From Gammaproteobacteria bacterium (GTDB lineage Bacteria > Pseudomonadota > Gammaproteobacteria > JABABF01), in NCBI GenBank assembly GCA_965237805.1, contig OZ250153.1:192001-256000 (forward strand): 64,000 bases of DNA, in the 5' to 3' direction. Position 1 is the first letter of the stretch, and the number at the start of each line of letters is the position of its first letter. A program made the position numbers and the translations under genes. Positions 30,546-41,357 of the stretch are shown here, in pieces. The notes beneath the pieces were generated by a model. That model saw nothing but the letters and a program-made list of their open reading frames with translations. It was not told the origin of the DNA and ran no database searches.

Positions 30546-31655
30546 TCAGGATTTGATGGCAGCCGCCGGCAGGCGTGGCGTGGTCGAGCGGACTTCGGCA
30601 TTCTGCGCCCGGTGGCGCAGCCAGTGATCCATCAGTAGATGGGCTAGCATGGCCTCTACCACCGGTGCGGCACGCAAACCGACACAGGGGTCGTGACGGC
30701 CGGTGGTCACCACTTCCGTCGCTGCGCCGTCCACATCGATGCTGCGCCCCGGCAGACGGATGCTGGAAGTGGGCTTGAAGGCGATGCGAGCGATGATATC
30801 TTGGCCGGTGGAGATGCCCCCGATGATGCCACCAGCATGGTTGGACAAAAAGCCCGCCGGGCTCATCTCATCGCGGTGCTCGGTGCCGCGTTGTGCGACC
30901 GCCTCGAAACCGTCGCCGATGGCCACCGCTTTGACCGCATTGATGCTCATCATGGCGGCTGCTAACTCGGCATCCAAGCGCCCGTGGAGCGGTGCGCCCA
31001 GACCCGGCGGCACGGCCTTGGCGACCACGCTCAGTTCGGCACCCACCGAGTCGCCCTCTTTGATCAGCTGTTGCATATACGCTTCCAGCTCAGGGAGGCG
31101 CTCGGGGTCGGCGCAAAAGAAAGGATTGTGATCCACCGCCTGAGGCTGTGGACAGCCGAGTCGGATCGACCCCAGCTGCGAGAGCCAGGCCAGAACACTG
31201 ATGCCACCACAGCGCTCGTGCAGATATTTGCGGGCGATGGCACCGGCGGCCACTCGCATCGCCGTCTCGCGTGCCGAGGCACGCCCGCTGCCGCGATGGT
31301 CGCGGTGTCCGTATTTTTGTAGATAGACATAGTCGGCATGGCCGGGGCGCAGCTGGCGGCGCAGTGTTTCGTAGTCGCGCGGGCGCTGATCATCGTTGTC
31401 GATCAGGATGGCGATGGGGGCACCGGTGGTAGCTCCCTCGAAGACCCCCGATAGGATGCGCGGCCGATCACTTTCGCGGCGTTGGCTGGTGTAGCGTGAG
31501 CGACCCGGCCGTCGCCGTGCCAAATCACGCTCCAAATCAGCCTCGTTCAGCTCCAAGCCGGGTGGGCAACCGTCGACAACACAGCCGATGGCACTACCAT
31601 GGCTTTCGCCAAAAGTGGTGCAGGCAAAGAGCTTGCCGAAAGTGTTCTCGCTCAT
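30546..31655 (-). CDS. aroC: Chorismate synthase
   Basis: [43 protein letters not shown]. Confidence 0.97.
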   Translation of the reverse strand: MSENTFGKLFACTTFGESHGSAIGCVVDGCPPGLELNEADLERDLARRRPGRSRYTSQRRESDRPRILSGVFEGATTGAPIAILIDNDDQRPRDYETLRRQLRPGHADYVYLQKYGHRDHRGSGRASARETAMRVAAGAIARKYLHERCGGISVLAWLSQLGSIRLGCPQPQAVDHNPFFCADPERLPELEAYMQQLIKEGDSVGAELSVVAKAVPPGLGAPLHGRLDAELAAAMMSINAVKAVAIGDGFEAVAQRGTEHRDEMSPAGFLSNHAGGIIGGISTGQDIIARIAFKPTSSIRLPGRSIDVDGAATEVVTTGRHDPCVGLRAAPVVEAMLAHLLMDHWLRHRAQNAEVRSTTPRLPAAAIKS

Positions 31656-31769
31656 CCTTAGCGTCCACGGTCAGGCAACGCTTGGTGCCACTGTCAACAG
31701 ACCAGCGGCATTATACGCCGATATGGGCACCGTTCGGCTTAGAATGATCCCAGACCCCAGCTTGAGCGA

Positions 31770-32333
31770 ATGGATATGGTGATGCAGAGCGAGGCCGAGC
31801 AGGCCTATCTAGGCCTGTTGAAAGTCTTGCCCAAGGCCGAGGAGCAGCGTCTGATCAAGGCTGGCACTGCTCGCAAAGCAAGCGAAGCTTTTGCTTATAT
31901 CACAAGTGGTTATAGCGATACCCTAGAAGAGATCGGACAAGATGGACTCTTTGCGAGCAACAGTGACGACACCGTGGCCTTGCGTCAGCTAGCCTTGCAT
32001 TCCACCTGCGAGCATCATCTGTTGGCGTTTTTTGGGCACTGTCATATCGCCTACTTGCCGGATGGCCGGTTGCTGGCGCTGTCTAGGATCCACCGCTTGG
32101 TCAAGCTGTATTCACAGCGCTTGCAGCTGCAAGAGCAGCTCACCGCCCAAATCGCCGACGGCCTGATGCAGCTGTGCAGCGCACGGGCGGTGGCAGTGGT
32201 GGTGGAGGCGCGCCATCTGTGTATGGAGCTGCGCCACAATGGCAGCTGCGGTGCCACGGCCAAGAGCATCGCACTGCGCGGTGATGAGCACAGTGCGCGA
32301 CAACTGCTGGTCTCGCTGTCGGGTGCAGCCTAA
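31770..32333 (+). CDS. folE: GTP cyclohydrolase I (divergent)
   Basis: STCEHHLL, RLQLQE, EARHLCM retained; several other conserved segments altered. Confidence 0.82.
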   Translation: MDMVMQSEAEQAYLGLLKVLPKAEEQRLIKAGTARKASEAFAYITSGYSDTLEEIGQDGLFASNSDDTVALRQLALHSTCEHHLLAFFGHCHIAYLPDGRLLALSRIHRLVKLYSQRLQLQEQLTAQIADGLMQLCSARAVAVVVEARHLCMELRHNGSCGATAKSIALRGDEHSARQLLVSLSGAA

Positions 32334-32357
32334 GCTGTTGTCCCGCCGATTGCGAAA

Positions 32358-33368
32358 CTATTCCAATTCGGGCTCTTGGCCAGCGGGCAAGTTCAGCATA
32401 TTGCCGACCACCTCAGCAATGGAATGCCCTTCGTAGAGCAGGGCGTGTAGACCGTTGACAATCGGCATATGCACGCTCAGCTCGCGGGCGCGTAGGCGCA
32501 CCGCTTGCAATGTCGGGATACCCTCTATTGTCTGCACCACCTCCCGTTGTGCAGTGGCCAGATCGATACCGGCTCCCAGCGCCAGCCCGAGGCGATAATT
32601 GCGGCTGTCTGGCGAATGGCAGCTGGCGAGCAGGTCGCCGAGGCCAGCCAAGCCCAAGAAAGTGGTGGGATTGGCACCGTAGCGGCGGGCGAATCGGCTC
32701 ATTTCCAACACCGCCCCAGTATGGATCAGGCTGATCGAATTGTAGCCGACACCACGGGAGGTGGCGATGCCCGAGACGATGGCATAGATATTTTTCAAAG
32801 CGCCAGCCAATTCTACTCCGGTGACATCGATGCTTGGATAGACCCGGAAATAGGGGTTGCCGAGCACTCGCCGTCCCCAGCTGCGCAGGGACTCCTCCTC
32901 ACTGGCCAACACCGTGCCGGTGATCTCGCGACGGGAGATTTCCAGTGCCAAATTGGGCCCCGACAGCACACCGACAGGCGAGCTGGGCAATAGCTCGCGC
33001 AGCACTTGGCTCATGCGCATAAATCTGGGATGCTCAATGCCCTTGATGGTGCTGATGACATAGCTGCCAGTGGGTAACAAGGGTGCCAGCGTGCCCATCA
33101 CCTCCCGCAGGGTATGGCTTGGCAAGGCCACCAACACGCCGCGCACCCGATCCAAGGCCAGTTGCGGGTCGGTCATCGCCCTCAGGCCGGGATGCAGCTC
33201 GAGCTGGGGCAAATAGCGAGGATTGCGGTGTTGGCGATTGATTTGCTCAGCGCAGTCGCTATCTCGCAACCATAGCCGCACATCGTGGCCGTTGACTGCC
33301 AAGACATTGGCCAGCACGGTGCCAAAGCTGCCGCCACCGAGCACCGCTACTGGGCCATTGGAAAGCAT
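32358..33368 (-). CDS. gpsA: NAD(P)H-dependent glycerol-3-phosphate dehydrogenase
   Basis: GGGSFGT, SGPNLA, GALKNIYAI, GLAGLGDL, SRN. Confidence 0.95.
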   Translation of the reverse strand: MLSNGPVAVLGGGSFGTVLANVLAVNGHDVRLWLRDSDCAEQINRQHRNPRYLPQLELHPGLRAMTDPQLALDRVRGVLVALPSHTLREVMGTLAPLLPTGSYVISTIKGIEHPRFMRMSQVLRELLPSSPVGVLSGPNLALEISRREITGTVLASEEESLRSWGRRVLGNPYFRVYPSIDVTGVELAGALKNIYAIVSGIATSRGVGYNSISLIHTGAVLEMSRFARRYGANPTTFLGLAGLGDLLASCHSPDSRNYRLGLALGAGIDLATAQREVVQTIEGIPTLQAVRLRARELSVHMPIVNGLHALLYEGHSIAEVVGNMLNLPAGQEPELE

Positions 33369-33407
33369 TACGCAGCTCGAGGGTGGTTTTGCAATGCGCG
33401 CTGGAGC

Positions 33408-34277
33408 CTAGCCGAGCAACTGTAGCATCGCCGATCCGATCTCGGCGATGCTGCGCACCGTGTGTACGCCAGCCGCTTCGAGGGCGCGATACTTTTCGTC
33501 GGCGGTACCTCGGCCGCCAGCGATGATGGCACCAGCATGTCCCATGCGTTTGCCCGGCGGTGCCGTGACGCCGGCGATATAGGCCACCACCGGCTTGCTC
33601 AGCTCATCGCGTATGCACAGGGCGGCCTCTTCCTCCGCCGTGCCGCCGATCTCTCCGATCAAGACGATGGCGTCGGTGTCCGGATCGGCTTCGAACAGCC
33701 GCAGTATTGGACTAAAACCAGTGCCCGGGATGGGGTCGCCGCCGATGCCCACACAGCTGGACTGGCCAAGGCCGGGATCGGTGGTCTGCTGTACCGCCTC
33801 GTAGGTCAGGGTGCCAGAGCGCGAGACGATGCCGACGCGCCCCGGCAGGTGCACAGCGCCGGGCATGATGCCCAGTTTGCAGGCTCCCGGCGTGATCACC
33901 CCGGGACAGTTGGCCCCGATCAGGCGCACTCCCAGCTCCTCGCAGCGTCGCCGGGCAATCAGCATATCCAAGGTTGGGATGCCCTCGGTAATGCAGACCA
34001 CCAAGCCGATACCGGCATTGGCTGCTTCCAAGATGGCATCTTTGCCGAAGGGTGCTGGCACATAGATCACTGAGGCATCGGCAGCGGTCTGCGCCACCGC
34101 TGCGGCCACCGTGTTGAAAACCGGTAATTCCAAGTGGGTGGTGCCGCCCTTGCCGGGCGTGACGCCGCCGACCATGCGGGTGCCATAGTCGATGCTGGCG
34201 CGGCTGTGCATCGTCCCCTGCTGGCCGGTGAAGCCTTGGCAGATGACTTTGGTATCGGCATCGACCAAGATGCTCAT
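33408..34277 (-). CDS. sucD: Succinyl-CoA synthetase alpha subunit
   Basis: [30 protein letters not shown]. Confidence 0.97.
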   Translation of the reverse strand: MSILVDADTKVICQGFTGQQGTMHSRASIDYGTRMVGGVTPGKGGTTHLELPVFNTVAAAVAQTAADASVIYVPAPFGKDAILEAANAGIGLVVCITEGIPTLDMLIARRRCEELGVRLIGANCPGVITPGACKLGIMPGAVHLPGRVGIVSRSGTLTYEAVQQTTDPGLGQSSCVGIGGDPIPGTGFSPILRLFEADPDTDAIVLIGEIGGTAEEEAALCIRDELSKPVVAYIAGVTAPPGKRMGHAGAIIAGGRGTADEKYRALEAAGVHTVRSIAEIGSAMLQLLG

Positions 34278-35458
34278 GGTGTCGCTCCAGCGCTGCTGCG
34301 AGCTTCATCGACCACCCGCTTGGCCGCATCGGCCAAGGCACTGACAGCGATGATATTCAGACCGCTGTCGGCCAGTAGGCGCAGACCATCCTCGGCGCGA
34401 TTGCCTTGCAGGCGCACGATCACAGGCAGCTTGACACCGACATCTCCGACCGCACCGATGATGCCCTCAGCGATCAGATCGCAGCGCACGATACCACCGA
34501 AAATATTGACCAGCACGGCGCGCACGGCCGCACTGGCCAACAGGATGCGAAACGCGGCACTGACGCGCTCGTGCGTGGCACCACCGCCGACATCGAGGAA
34601 ATTGGCCGGTGTGCCGCCGTAGAGCTGGATCATGTCCATCGTGCCCATCGCCAACCCGGCACCGTTGACCATGCAGGCAATATCGCCATCCAAGGCGACA
34701 TAGTTCAGCTCGTGTTGCTCGGCCTTGACCTCGCGCTCGTCGCGCTGACTACTGTCGTCCATCTGCTGCAACTGCCGTTGACGATAGAGCGCGTTGCCGT
34801 CCACATTCAATTTGGCATCTAGGCAGAGCAGCTTGCCGTCGCCAGTCACCACGAGGGGATTGACCTCCAGCAGCGATAGGTCGCGTTCGAGGAACAACCG
34901 TCCCAACTTGAGGAAGATATCGGTGAACTGCCGCGCCTCGGCGGCATCCAAACCCAAGGCAAAGGCCAGCTGGCGGCCTTGGTAGGGCTGCGGGCCACTC
35001 AGCGGGTCGATCGTGGCGCGCAGGATTTTCTCTGGGGTCTCGGTGGCCACGCTCTCGATGTCGACACCACCTTCGGTGGAAGCCATGAAGACCACCCTAG
35101 CGGATGAGCGATCTACGACCGCACCCAGATAGAGCTCGCGGGCGATATCCGGGCAGGCTTGCTCCACCAGCACCCGTCCCACTGGCTGGCCGTCGCTACC
35201 AGTCTGGTGAGTCACCAAGCGTTGACCCAGCCACTGGCGGGAGAAATCTTCGGCCTCAGCGCGCTGCTGCACCACTTTGACCCCGCCCGCCTTGCCGCGA
35301 CCGCCAGCGTGCACCTGCACCTTGACCACATAGGGTGCGCCGCCGATCTGATCACAGGCTGCCGCCACTTCCTTGACTGAACTGATCGCCACTCCCTGAG
35401 GCACCGGCAGCCCGTATTCGGCAAATAGTTGCTTGGCTTGGTATTCGTGCAAATTCAT
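34274..35458 (-). CDS. sucC: Succinyl-CoA synthetase beta subunit
   Basis: [44 protein letters not shown]. Confidence 0.97.
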   Translation of the reverse strand: MNLHEYQAKQLFAEYGLPVPQGVAISSVKEVAAACDQIGGAPYVVKVQVHAGGRGKAGGVKVVQQRAEAEDFSRQWLGQRLVTHQTGSDGQPVGRVLVEQACPDIARELYLGAVVDRSSARVVFMASTEGGVDIESVATETPEKILRATIDPLSGPQPYQGRQLAFALGLDAAEARQFTDIFLKLGRLFLERDLSLLEVNPLVVTGDGKLLCLDAKLNVDGNALYRQRQLQQMDDSSQRDEREVKAEQHELNYVALDGDIACMVNGAGLAMGTMDMIQLYGGTPANFLDVGGGATHERVSAAFRILLASAAVRAVLVNIFGGIVRCDLIAEGIIGAVGDVGVKLPVIVRLQGNRAEDGLRLLADSGLNIIAVSALADAAKRVVDEARSSAGATP

Positions 35459-35575
35459 CGGTGGCTACAAGGTGCAAACGAGCTATTTTCCACGCTGTCG
35501 AGGATTGGCGGGATGAGCTCTCGGTTAATCATGCTGCCACCCTCTCGCTACCGCTCGCTCTGGCATTGCCCGGTC

Positions 35576-37030
35576 TTAGCGGCGGCGGTTCAGCGTATGC
35601 AGGGCGCGTCGATCCACCGCCAAAGCGGCTTCATGTACGGCCTCAGATACGGTGGGATGGGAAGTGACGATCAGCGCCAAATCCTCGCTACTGGCACCGA
35701 AGGCCATGGCGATGGCGAGTTGCTGCACCAAGTCTGCTGCACCCGGTCCGACGATGTGGCAGCCGTAGATACGATCGCTTTCGGCATCTGCGGCGATGCG
35801 CACCAGCCCTTCGCCAGCGCCAGCTGCCAGCGCACGACCATTGGCGGCAAAGGGGAAGCTGCCAACCCGACAGGCGATGCCCGCTGCCTTGAGCTCGGCC
35901 TCATGACGACCGACCCAAGCCACTTCGGGGTGGGTATAGACCACGCTGGGGATGATCGTGTAATCGAGGCTGGCCGACTTGCCAGCGATGCGCTCGGCCA
36001 CCATCACGCCCTCTTCTGCACCCTTGTGCGCCAGCATCGGCCCGCGCACCAGATCTCCCACAGCCCAGACACCCGGTAGCACGGTGGCGCAGTGTGCGTC
36101 GACCGGAATGTATCCGCTCTCGTCGCTCGCCACGCCGGCGTCGTCGGCTAACAGGCCCTCACAGCAAGGCCGCCTGCCGACCGCCACCACCAAGCGATCG
36201 AAGCGCTCGTTGTGCGAGACTTCCTCGGCATCGCTGTAGCTGAGCGCAACGCCGTCGGCATCGGACACCGCGCTTTGCAGGCCACAGCCCAAGCGGATGT
36301 CCAGCCCTTGGGCGGCGAAGATTTTGGCCATCTCGCGCACCACTTGGCGGTCGACAGCAGGCAGCAGCTCGGGCAAGGCTTCCAGCAGCACCACCTCTGC
36401 GCCGAGGCGGCTCCAGACGCTACCCAATTCCAAGCCGATGGCACCGGCACCGACGACACCGAGGCGGGTGGGCAGCTCGGTCAATGACAGGGCACCAGTG
36501 GAATCGACGATGCGCTCGCCGTCAAAGGGTGCCGATGCCAACTCGATCGGCTCTGAACCAGATGCCAAGATGATATGCTCGGCGCGCAGTCGTCGCACGG
36601 CACCGTCCGGCGGGCAAAACTCCACCTCGCGCCCGGCCAGCAGCTTGCCCTCCCCGCTCAGCAGCTGCACTTTGTTGCCCTTGAACAAGCCAGCGATGCC
36701 GTGCGTCAGCTGCTGGACCACCTGCTCTTTGCGCGCCATCATCACGCTCAAGTCCAAACTCAGCTCGCCAGTGCACACGCCGTGTGCCGCCAGCGCCCCA
36801 GAGCTGGCCTCCGCAAAGCGTTGCGAGCTGTCGAGCAGAGCCTTGGATGGGATGCAGCCCACATTGAGGCAGCTGCCTCCCAAAACAGCGGCGTCCTGCT
36901 CGCCGCGCACGGTGCCGCGCCGCTCAATACAGGCCACGCTCAGACCCAGCTGGGCGCAACGAATGGCCGCCACATAACCGGCGGGACCAGCACCGATGAC
37001 GATCACATTGTAGGAATCGCTTGCCGTCAT
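35576..37030 (-). CDS. lpdA: Dihydrolipoamide dehydrogenase
   Basis: GAGPAGY, CLNVGCIPSK, GAGAIGLE, HPTVSE. Confidence 0.96.
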   Translation of the reverse strand: MTASDSYNVIVIGAGPAGYVAAIRCAQLGLSVACIERRGTVRGEQDAAVLGGSCLNVGCIPSKALLDSSQRFAEASSGALAAHGVCTGELSLDLSVMMARKEQVVQQLTHGIAGLFKGNKVQLLSGEGKLLAGREVEFCPPDGAVRRLRAEHIILASGSEPIELASAPFDGERIVDSTGALSLTELPTRLGVVGAGAIGLELGSVWSRLGAEVVLLEALPELLPAVDRQVVREMAKIFAAQGLDIRLGCGLQSAVSDADGVALSYSDAEEVSHNERFDRLVVAVGRRPCCEGLLADDAGVASDESGYIPVDAHCATVLPGVWAVGDLVRGPMLAHKGAEEGVMVAERIAGKSASLDYTIIPSVVYTHPEVAWVGRHEAELKAAGIACRVGSFPFAANGRALAAGAGEGLVRIAADAESDRIYGCHIVGPGAADLVQQLAIAMAFGASSEDLALIVTSHPTVSEAVHEAALAVDRRALHTLNRRR

Positions 37031-37099
37031 GGAGCGGGTCGTGGTGCCGAGGGTGTGTACGCGCCGCCTATTCTACTGCGCCGCGCCTCAGAGAGTGCT

Positions 37100-38410
37100 C
37101 TAGAGCCCCAACACTGCCAAGCCGGGTTGCTCCACCCGCTGGCAGATGGCCTTAAGGAAGCCCAGCGCCTCGCGCCCGTCGACCAAACGATGGTCGTAGG
37201 ACAGCGCCAGATACATCATCGACCGCACCACGATCTGGCCGTCGCGCACCACCGCCCGTTCCTCGATGCGGTGCATGCCCAGTATCGCTGTCTGCGGCGG
37301 GTTGAGAAGCGGGGTCGACAGCAGCGAGCCAAAGGCACCGCCATTGGTGATGGTGAAGGTGCCGCCGGTCAATTCCTCGATGCTGAGTTTGCCAGTCCGA
37401 GCCCGCTCTGCAGCAGTCGTTATCCAGCGCTCTATGTCAGCGCTGTCGAGGCTCTCGGCAGCGCGCATCACCGGCACCACCAAGCCGCGTTCAGTGGCAA
37501 TGGCAACACCGATATCAAAATAGTTGTGATAGACGATATCGTCGCCGTCGATGGAGGCATTGATTTCTGGAAATCGAGCCAGCGCCGCCACCGCGGCGCG
37601 CACAAAGAAAGACATCAAACCCAGACGCACACCGTGATGGCTCTCAAAGGCTTTGCCGTGTTCTCTGCGCAGAGCCAGCACCGCGCCCATATCCACGTCG
37701 TTGAAGGTGGTCAGCGTGGCGGTGTTCTGTTGCACTTGCAGCAGTCGCTCGGCGATGCGTGCACGCAGCCGACTCATCTTCACCCGCTTCTCAGAGCGCC
37801 CCTCAGCGCCGCTCGCCGGACGCTGGCTCGAGCTCAGGGTTGGCGGCGACATCGCCGTTGTGGCAGGCTTCGCGGCAGCTGTCGCGGTTCCCGTGGCCGT
37901 GGCGGCCAGTGCCTCGATGTGGCGCAACACATCTTCTTTGAGCAGACGCCCGCCCCGACCACTGGCCGTGATGGCCGCCGGGTTCAAGGCCCGCTCTTCG
38001 ATCAGGCGACGAGCGGCGGGGCTGATGCGCTGGTCGGTGGCAGTCGCCGCCGGCGACTCCGCAGGCGGCGTCGACTCGGCAGCTGGCTGCGCTGTTCGCT
38101 GGCTACCCAGCTCCGCTGCTGGCGGCACGGTATCCGCCTCAGCCGCTGTCAGGCGTGCCAGCAATTGGCAACCGACCATGAGCTCGCCTTCGGGCACCAA
38201 GATCTCGCTCAGCCGACCGTCTACCGGTGCTGTGATTTCCAGCATCACTTTGTCGGTTTCCACTTCGGCCAGCAATTCATCGCGGCGCACCGCATCACCG
38301 ACTTGCTTGTGCCATTTGGCGAGGCTACCATCGGCCACCGATTCGGGCAGCTCCGGCGCGAGGATTTCCACCACGTCACCCGACCCGGATTTTGTCTCTA
38401 GCTCAGCCAT
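37100..38410 (-). CDS. sucB: 2-oxoglutarate dehydrogenase E2
   Basis: Lipoyl motif ETDKV, E3-binding SPAARRL...GRGGR, DHRLVDG. Confidence 0.96.
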   Translation of the reverse strand: MAELETKSGSGDVVEILAPELPESVADGSLAKWHKQVGDAVRRDELLAEVETDKVMLEITAPVDGRLSEILVPEGELMVGCQLLARLTAAEADTVPPAAELGSQRTAQPAAESTPPAESPAATATDQRISPAARRLIEERALNPAAITASGRGGRLLKEDVLRHIEALAATATGTATAAAKPATTAMSPPTLSSSQRPASGAEGRSEKRVKMSRLRARIAERLLQVQQNTATLTTFNDVDMGAVLALRREHGKAFESHHGVRLGLMSFFVRAAVAALARFPEINASIDGDDIVYHNYFDIGVAIATERGLVVPVMRAAESLDSADIERWITTAAERARTGKLSIEELTGGTFTITNGGAFGSLLSTPLLNPPQTAILGMHRIEERAVVRDGQIVVRSMMYLALSYDHRLVDGREALGFLKAICQRVEQPGLAVLGL

Positions 38411-38470
38411 GATTCCTCACTCCCCTAGTTCCCTTGGCACCAGCGCTGGTCAAAGACAGCGCCCACAGCC

Positions 38471-41338
38471 CTAGCCCCCCACCGCCTCGCGCACCAACTG
38501 CTGCTGTTGCACGCGGTGCTCCACAGCATAACCGGCAGCGGTGGCGGCAGAGTTCTCGCGCCCCACATATTCCAATTGCAGATCAATACCGAGCTGGCTT
38601 TGTAGCAGGCGGTCGAGCTGGTGCTGTATGCCGTTGCGCCACATCCCTTGGTTGCGCGGCTCTTCTTGGCACCAGATGATGCGCTCCAATGCGCTGCGTC
38701 GGTAGGGGCGCAGCGCCGTATCCAAGGCCGCTCGCGGTAATGGATAGAGCCGCTCGAGACGCAGCAACAGCAGATCTTGGCGGCCGCTCTCCAGCCGCTG
38801 GGCATCGAGATCGTAGTAGACCTTGCCAGAACACAGCACCACCCGGCGCACGTCGGCGGGTGGCGGGGCCTTGGGATCACTCAGCACAGGCTGGAAAGAG
38901 CCCGCCTGTAGATCTTCCAGCGAGGACACTGCCGCACGGTGACGCAACAGGCTTTTGGGCGACATCACGATCAGCGGTCGCCGTGCCGGGTGGGCCAGCT
39001 GCAAGCGCAACAGATGGAATATCTGGGCTGGCGTCGTCGGCGCACAGACCTGCATATTGTTTTCCGCGCACAGCTGTAGATAGCGTTCCAAGCGTGCCGA
39101 GGAATGCTCAGCTCCCTGCCCTTCGTAGCCGTGCGGCAACAGCATGGTCAGGCCGCACAGACGCCCCCATTTGTGTTGGCCGCTACTGATGAACTGGTCG
39201 ATGACGATTTGGGCACCATTGGCGAAGTCGCCAAACTGTGCTTCCCAAACCACCAGCGTCGAGGGCGAGGTGACGGAGTAGCCGTACTCGAAGCCGAGCA
39301 CGGCCAATTCGGATAACAGTGAGTCATAGACATCAAAACGGCTGCCGTTGTCGCATTCCTGTGCTATTTCGTCCAGCTGATCGTAGACGGCACCGCTTTT
39401 TTGGTCGTGCACAACGGCGTGGCGGTGGGAAAAAGTGCCGCGGCGCGTGTCCTGACCGACCAAGCGCACCGCATAGCCTTCTGCGAGTAGCGATGCATAG
39501 GCCAAGTTTTCGGCAAAGCCCCAATTCAGCAGCTGTTCGCCACTCCCCATGCGCTGGCGCAAATCAAATAATTTGGCCACTGAGCGGCGCGCTGTAAAGC
39601 CCGGTGGCAGCTGTGCCAGACGCTTGGCCAGTGGTATCAGGCGATCTGCTGGCACCGAGCTATCGAAGTGATCGTCGCAATGGCGGCCGATGTGAGGAGA
39701 CCAGTCAACAAATAGTCGCTTGTCGGGCGAGAGCACCAAACCTTCGGCAACATGGTCGCCGTGTTCGATTTGGCGCCGATACTCCTGCGCCAGCTGCTGC
39801 GCTTCATCTTGACGCAACAGGCCATTGCTCTCCAGCTCGGCGGCGTAGTGTTCGCAGACGGTAGGCAATACAGCGATGCGGTGGTACATTTCCGGTTGCG
39901 TCAAAAAAGGGTCGTCGGCCTCGTTGTGCCCCCGTCGCCGGTAGCAGAGCAAGTCGATGACCACATCGCGGCCAAAGCGCATGCGGTAATCAAAAGCCAT
40001 CTGCGCCACCGCCAGCGCTGCTTCGGGGTCGTCGCTATTGACATGGAAGATCGGCACATCGAGCATCTTCGCCACATCGGTCGCATATTCGCTAGAGCGG
40101 GCATCGCGCTCATCGCTAGTGGTAAAGCCGATTTGGTTGTTGATCACCAAATGCACCGTGCCACCGACCCCAAAAGCGCGGGTGCCCGCCATCTGAAGCG
40201 ACTCCATCACCACCCCTTGTCCGGCAAAGGCGGCGTCACCGTGCAAGACGATCGGCAACACCAAGTGGCCATCTTTATCGCCACGGCGGTCTTGGCGTGC
40301 GCGCACCGAGCCCTGTACCACTGGGGTGACGATTTCCAAATGCGATGGATTGAAGGTCAAGGCCAAGTGGAGTTCCCGGTTGCCGACGCGCACATTGGAG
40401 GAAAAGCCCTTGTGGTATTTGACATCACCAGAGTTAGAGTGGGTGCCGACACGCCCTTCAAATTCTCCAAACAAATCTTCCGGATTTTTTCCTAAAGTAT
40501 TGACCAGAAGATTTAATCTTCCTCTATGTGGCATGCCGATAACCGTTTCCAAGATGCCGTCATTGCCAGCGCACCAGAGGATCTTTTCCACCATCGGCAC
40601 CATGGTTTCGGCACCCTCCAGCCCAAAGCGTTTGGTGCCTTGGTAGCGCCGGCCAAGATATTGCTCCAGCTGTTCGGCCGCCGTCAGGCGACTCAATAAA
40701 TGCCGCCGTTCCCGCTCGCTGAAATTGCGGTGTACGGTGGCAGCGACGACACGTTCGGCCACCCAGTTGCGCATCTCCACATCGCTTAGGTGCATGAACT
40801 GCGTACCGATGGTGCCGCACCAGCTGGCCTCCAACGCAGCGATGATCTCGGCCAGCGGAGCACGGTCGGCATCGCCACACAAGTTGCCAGCACGACATTG
40901 TCGTGCCATGTCCTCAACACAGATGCCAAATTGCGCCGGCTGTAAAGCCCTGAGTACCGCGCGCGGCTTCAGCCCGAGTGGATCCAAGTCCGCGCGGCGA
41001 TGTCCGATGTGTTGGTAGGCATCGATCAGCCGCTCTAAGCGCAGCTGCAACACCGAGTCGGCGGTGGCAGTGGAGCGCTCGGCTCGGCTGAGAGGCTGCT
41101 GCTGCTCAAACTCGCGCCGCAGGGTGCTGTGCCGCGGCTCGCCAGCTCCTGTGGGCGCACCATTCACTGGCGGCAGTGCATCAAAATAGCGTTGCCACGT
41201 TTCTGCCAGCTCTGTGGGCGCATCCAGATAGCCCTCGTAGAGTTGTTCCAGCCAAGCGCTGCCAACGGCCAGCTGAGAGCTGTCACGCCAAGATTGCAAA
41301 CTATTTGCCACCCCGCTTGGTCGCCGTTTGAGTGCCAT
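38471..41338 (-). CDS. sucA: 2-oxoglutarate dehydrogenase E1
   Basis: KRFGLEG, GMPHRGRLN, GDVKYH, HGDAAFAGQG, WEAQFGDFAN, PHGYEGQG. Confidence 0.97.
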   Translation of the reverse strand: MALKRRPSGVANSLQSWRDSSQLAVGSAWLEQLYEGYLDAPTELAETWQRYFDALPPVNGAPTGAGEPRHSTLRREFEQQQPLSRAERSTATADSVLQLRLERLIDAYQHIGHRRADLDPLGLKPRAVLRALQPAQFGICVEDMARQCRAGNLCGDADRAPLAEIIAALEASWCGTIGTQFMHLSDVEMRNWVAERVVAATVHRNFSERERRHLLSRLTAAEQLEQYLGRRYQGTKRFGLEGAETMVPMVEKILWCAGNDGILETVIGMPHRGRLNLLVNTLGKNPEDLFGEFEGRVGTHSNSGDVKYHKGFSSNVRVGNRELHLALTFNPSHLEIVTPVVQGSVRARQDRRGDKDGHLVLPIVLHGDAAFAGQGVVMESLQMAGTRAFGVGGTVHLVINNQIGFTTSDERDARSSEYATDVAKMLDVPIFHVNSDDPEAALAVAQMAFDYRMRFGRDVVIDLLCYRRRGHNEADDPFLTQPEMYHRIAVLPTVCEHYAAELESNGLLRQDEAQQLAQEYRRQIEHGDHVAEGLVLSPDKRLFVDWSPHIGRHCDDHFDSSVPADRLIPLAKRLAQLPPGFTARRSVAKLFDLRQRMGSGEQLLNWGFAENLAYASLLAEGYAVRLVGQDTRRGTFSHRHAVVHDQKSGAVYDQLDEIAQECDNGSRFDVYDSLLSELAVLGFEYGYSVTSPSTLVVWEAQFGDFANGAQIVIDQFISSGQHKWGRLCGLTMLLPHGYEGQGAEHSSARLERYLQLCAENNMQVCAPTTPAQIFHLLRLQLAHPARRPLIVMSPKSLLRHRAAVSSLEDLQAGSFQPVLSDPKAPPPADVRRVVLCSGKVYYDLDAQRLESGRQDLLLLRLERLYPLPRAALDTALRPYRRSALERIIWCQEEPRNQGMWRNGIQHQLDRLLQSQLGIDLQLEYVGRENSAATAAGYAVEHRVQQQQLVREAVGG

Positions 41339-41357
41339 CCTGAATGACTTCTATCGC

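Noticed and set aside
36575-38401. 608-aa plus-strand ORF, and similar long frames such as 56855-58183, 13243-14334 and 45934-46818
   Set aside because: Antisense or alternate-frame shadows of sucB/lpdA, the KAS gene, lon and leuA. These are expected at high GC and show no recognisable motifs.
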